The notes under the pieces were generated by a model, which was not told the origin of the DNA, searched no databases, and saw only the letters and a program-made list of their open reading frames with translations. Of a stretch of DNA of 64,000 nt, positions 60,930 to 64,000 are shown in pieces (the stretch's first letter is position 1; each line of letters opens with the position of its first letter). The DNA comes from a virus (Duplodnaviria; Heunggongvirae; Uroviricota; Caudoviricetes), in the IMG/VR virus record IMGVR_UViG_3300020156_000001, positions 106,321 through 170,320 of that record. One strand, 5' to 3'. A program made the position numbers and the translations under genes.

Positions 60930-61349
60930 TTGAAATTTAATTATCTGCTCTGTTATTGCCAGAACATGACAAGATCAACCTGTAATTTCTGTGGAATTTC
61001 CTTTACCCACGGCGTTCAAACTTTAGGCACTTACTGTTCAACCCGCTGCACCGGTGACGCGAAGAAAGCTGACACCCGTAGGCGGTTCGAGGCTGGCTTA
61101 ATTACGGAGCGTTCCACAATTAAGAAATATGTGGAAGAGCGTGACGGTTATATTTGCGCTGAATGTGGTATCTCCGATTACAATGGCAAACCAATCAGCC
61201 TCCAGCTTGACCACATCGATGGATGCGCAGGCAACAATATGCCAGACAACCTCAGGCTATTGTGCCCAAACTGTCATAGCCAAACCGAACATTTTGGTGG
61301 GAAGAATAAAGGAAAGGGTCGGAAATCGCTTGGACTTCCGACCCGGTAA
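60930..61349 (+). CDS. HNH endonuclease
   Basis: CAECG...LDHIDG...NN...NLRLLCPNCHSQT; N-terminal YCS..C. Confidence 0.9.
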   Translation: MKFNYLLCYCQNMTRSTCNFCGISFTHGVQTLGTYCSTRCTGDAKKADTRRRFEAGLITERSTIKKYVEERDGYICAECGISDYNGKPISLQLDHIDGCAGNNMPDNLRLLCPNCHSQTEHFGGKNKGKGRKSLGLPTR

Positions 61350-61375
61350 AATCTGAGCTCGTGATTCTCAAATTT

Positions 61376-61449
61376 TGGAGCGGGCAGAGGGAATCGAACC
61401 CTCAACTAAACCTTGGCAAGGTCTCGAGTTACCACTACACCATGCCCGC
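61376..61449 (-). tRNA. tRNA-Gly(GCC)
   Basis: Loop TTGCCAA, TCCA. Confidence 0.92.
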
Positions 61450-61551
61450 AAACACTACCAGGTTACGCACACATGGCGCTTCCTAGCTAAACTTATTTAT
61501 GCCTTAACTTAGCTGGTTGGAGCTAAAAAGTCAAATAAAATTCAGCTTTTT

Positions 61552-61773
61552 TCAGAAAGTGTTTTTCATTTTGTAGTCGGCCCACTCATAAGTGTTGGCC
61601 AGTGTAAACGATGGATGCCACTGTCCTTCACTGGCTTTGAGACCCAGCTTTTTTGTTGCTTCGGCGCGAGCAGAAGGATAGTCGTGTGTGGTAACAGTTA
61701 CCACAAGCGGACCAGCAAGAAACTTGTACTGGTGGGATGGCTTGTCAGAAGTAGTGATGGCAATTACAGACAT
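61552..61773 (-). CDS. Hypothetical protein
   Basis: 73 aa, GAGATCG RBS. Confidence 0.65.
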   Translation of the reverse strand: MSVIAITTSDKPSHQYKFLAGPLVVTVTTHDYPSARAEATKKLGLKASEGQWHPSFTLANTYEWADYKMKNTF

Positions 61774-62048
61774 TTCTCGATCTCTTGGAGAATTTTATCA
61801 AGTTGTTCTTCGCCGCCTTTGCTGAATACGGGCGAGCGACTATACATCGCATACACATGCAAGTCTTCCGTTACAATAGCATGAGTGTAACCCTCATCCA
61901 TTAATTGGACTCTTAGGCCGGGAAGGTCCAAGTGTTCATAGGAATCAACGGTCCACATGCCACCCATTGTTTGGTAGTCGCGCGGAACGTTATATCCGTA
62001 TTGGCGAACAAACTGAAAGATATCTTCGATTTTGCGTTCGGCCGACAT
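61764..62048 (-). CDS. Hypothetical protein
   Basis: 94 aa with own promoter. Confidence 0.65.
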   Translation of the reverse strand: MSAERKIEDIFQFVRQYGYNVPRDYQTMGGMWTVDSYEHLDLPGLRVQLMDEGYTHAIVTEDLHVYAMYSRSPVFSKGGEEQLDKILQEIEKCL

Positions 62049-62098
62049 TGAACTCTCCTATTTCCCATAAGCTAACACAGGATAGGAATTTGTCAATG

Positions 62099-62521
62099 CT
62101 AGTTGAGGATAATCATATCCTCATTTTCCTCAAAATAGATCATTTGGGCAAAATATTCATCAAGTGTGGTTTCGTTCAAAAAGATCATATAATAGGAAAT
62201 GTCATCGTTGCCCATGAACATGAGAATCCACAAATCTTGATCTGTGGTTTCTTGATCCCACCAAGACCAATTCTGTCGGAACTTGTGAACCGGAATATAA
62301 CTTTGATGATCATCACCCAAGCCGATCCAATGTCTCTTTTCCTCAAGATAACCGAGGAACTGGGTATCTTTGCGCCACAGTGATCCATCACGAGAGCACC
62401 AGCCATTTTCCCAGTGGTTCTCATAATAGGCGATATTTTTAAAATTCGGGAGTGCCAACTTCAAAAGCACGCGCTGGTCTGGCCTGATAAGCCGCTGCTC
62501 GCCTTCTTTAAATTGTATCAT
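62099..62521 (-). CDS. Hypothetical protein
   Basis: 140-aa ORF, Trp-rich. Confidence 0.7.
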   Translation of the reverse strand: MIQFKEGEQRLIRPDQRVLLKLALPNFKNIAYYENHWENGWCSRDGSLWRKDTQFLGYLEEKRHWIGLGDDHQSYIPVHKFRQNWSWWDQETTDQDLWILMFMGNDDISYYMIFLNETTLDEYFAQMIYFEENEDMIILN

Positions 62522-62705
62522 GTTTGACTCCTGATATGGAAATTCTCGCCAACATACAAGATGTCAGCGAGAAGTCAATTAGGCGCCGAGCTTTGCTTTG
62601 GCCTTAGCGATCAGATCAGTTACGAACTGAGGCTGCTTTGTGTTCCAGCCTACGAGTAGACCAACAACACCACCGATGAGAAGTGAAAACATATTTGGTT
62701 TCCTA

Positions 62706-62969
62706 TTAACGGTCGCGGTTCAAACGGAGAGCCTTTGCATTTCTGCGTACGGCTTCCTTCTGCTTGCGGCGACGAACTTGTCCCTTTGTTTCAGCGTATT
62801 CGTTCTTACGAAGATCCTTTACAAGGCCTTCGGTCATGATACGACGCTTCAACAGCTTCATTGCGTGTTCCAGGTTGCTCTTGGCTTCCTTCTCGTCGCG
62901 GCCCTGACGGACCTCAACTGTAAGACCACGCTTGCCGCTGGACCGGTCGGCATTCTTATGTGCGCTCAT
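62706..62969 (-). CDS. rpsU: Ribosomal protein bS21
   Basis: VEVR...EHAMKLLKRRIMTEGLVKDLRKNEYAETKGQVRRRKQKEAVRR. Confidence 0.8.
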   Translation of the reverse strand: MSAHKNADRSSGKRGLTVEVRQGRDEKEAKSNLEHAMKLLKRRIMTEGLVKDLRKNEYAETKGQVRRRKQKEAVRRNAKALRLNRDR

Positions 62970-63086
62970 TTTGTTCTCCATTATTTTCGAGCTTGTCCCA
63001 CATTAACAGGTGTGGTTTCCAATATCAATAATTGACACGTTGACTTGGTACAACTTGGTGCTAGTTTTGTTGCAAAGGAGAACCCT

Positions 63087-63287
63087 ATGGAAGACCGCGA
63101 CCTAGGTAAGCAAGCCGTGCTTGTCAACACGATGAGCGATGGTATCATGCTTAGCAGCATCATTGAACTTGCTGAGGTAATGCAGCGGCTTGATGGCTCC
63201 GTATATTTGAAGGACAAGCCCGAAGCCATTGTAACGACGGATGCTGGTCCAACATGGACTTATACGGCAACGGTGGAGTGGGTTTAA
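63087..63287 (+). CDS. Hypothetical protein
   Basis: 66 aa from AGGAG-supported ATG. Confidence 0.6.
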   Translation: MEDRDLGKQAVLVNTMSDGIMLSSIIELAEVMQRLDGSVYLKDKPEAIVTTDAGPTWTYTATVEWV

Positions 63288-63407
63288 TGGAGGCTGAGCA
63301 GCAACTTAGCCCAAATTTAGCTGCGCTTCTTTACATTATTTTTCCAGTGTTTTTAGTTTGCTGGGGATTGATAATGACATGGCTTGCAGGGATTGGTGAA
63401 CCAAAAG

Positions 63408-64000
63408 ATGACTGAAATTTTTGATGAACAACTTCGTGCAGGTGGTTTTACCGCAGATGCTCGCAACTACCCACGTAGCCGTCGTCAGCTTGAAATGATT
63501 GCAGCGTGGAACAATTGCACGGTTGAACAACTTCCGCCGGCTGCTCACTTTTTCCCCAACGCACATATGCGGGACACGTGGGAACGGGTTGAACGCGCTG
63601 CTCAGTTGTACCACAATTTTAACCCGCCCACGATTTACGTGGGCTTGGTTTGGGTTGGCGATGAACTTCAAGGTGGTCTCCTTGTGGGGCGCCGTGCATT
63701 GCCCGGTTTTGGTCATGGTAAATGGGCACTTATCGGTGGATTTCAAGACATGGGCGAAGATTGGCGCACTTGCTTGACGCGTGAGCACAAAGAGGAAGTT
63801 GGCATAGATTTGGATCCATCGCGGTGGACCACTTGGGGCGATCCCGTAAGTGTGGAAAATAACAGCAGAAACTTGCAGTTCTGCGCTTACAAGCTGGTAT
63901 ATCCGGATACACCAAGAAAAGTTGCTCGAAACGATATCAGCCTCAGCGGCTTTGTTCCAAACAACGAAATCAGTGAAATCAAGGTTTGGGATGGATATCG
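63408..64000 (+). CDS. NUDIX hydrolase (runs off window end; not in ORF track)
   Basis: Hand translation gives Nudix box GGFQDMGEDWRTCLTREHKEEVG. Confidence 0.85.
   Translation, partial: MTEIFDEQLRAGGFTADARNYPRSRRQLEMIAAWNNCTVEQLPPAAHFFPNAHMRDTWERVERAAQLYHNFNPPTIYVGLVWVGDELQGGLLVGRRALPGFGHGKWALIGGFQDMGEDWRTCLTREHKEEVGIDLDPSRWTTWGDPVSVENNSRNLQFCAYKLVYPDTPRKVARNDISLSGFVPNNEISEIKVWDGY

Noticed and set aside
61349-61449. Prophage attachment site at tRNA-Gly
   Set aside because: No integrase and no duplicated tRNA 3' end; flanks are phage-like on both sides.

Overview
A 64-kb segment of a jumbo-phage-like genome. It is gene-dense and mostly minus-strand, with sigma70-type early promoters (TTGACA...TCCTATGTTAG) and T4-late-like TAAATA motifs; no integrase or CRISPR was seen. 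The host is probably an alphaproteobacterium, inferred from two G-1-less/A73 tRNA-His genes and host-like IbpA, ClpS and bS21. The dominant feature is a very large tRNA region (about 54 tRNA genes read by eye, all 20 amino acids plus an amber CUA suppressor), densest at 22.7-33.5 kb. It is mixed with many non-canonical RNAs: tRNA mimics with altered anticodon or T arms, 120-150 nt acceptor+T-arm RNAs, two homologous Y-RNA-like hairpins, and two large structured RNAs (17.8-18.26 kb and 33.54-33.75 kb). Directly upstream of the array is an unannotated 52-codon leader ORF that uses 40 different codons and overlaps an antiterminator/terminator pair, a candidate translation-sensing attenuator. Recognisable proteins: non-specific endonuclease, GIY-YIG and HNH nucleases, MazG-like protein, ADP-ribosylglycohydrolase, SpoT/Mesh1-like HD hydrolase, two vWA proteins, ClpS, thymidine kinase, Hsp20, HD hydrolase, collagen-like fibre, bS21 and a truncated NUDIX. 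All calls were made by eye with no database search; RNA structures are hand-folded.
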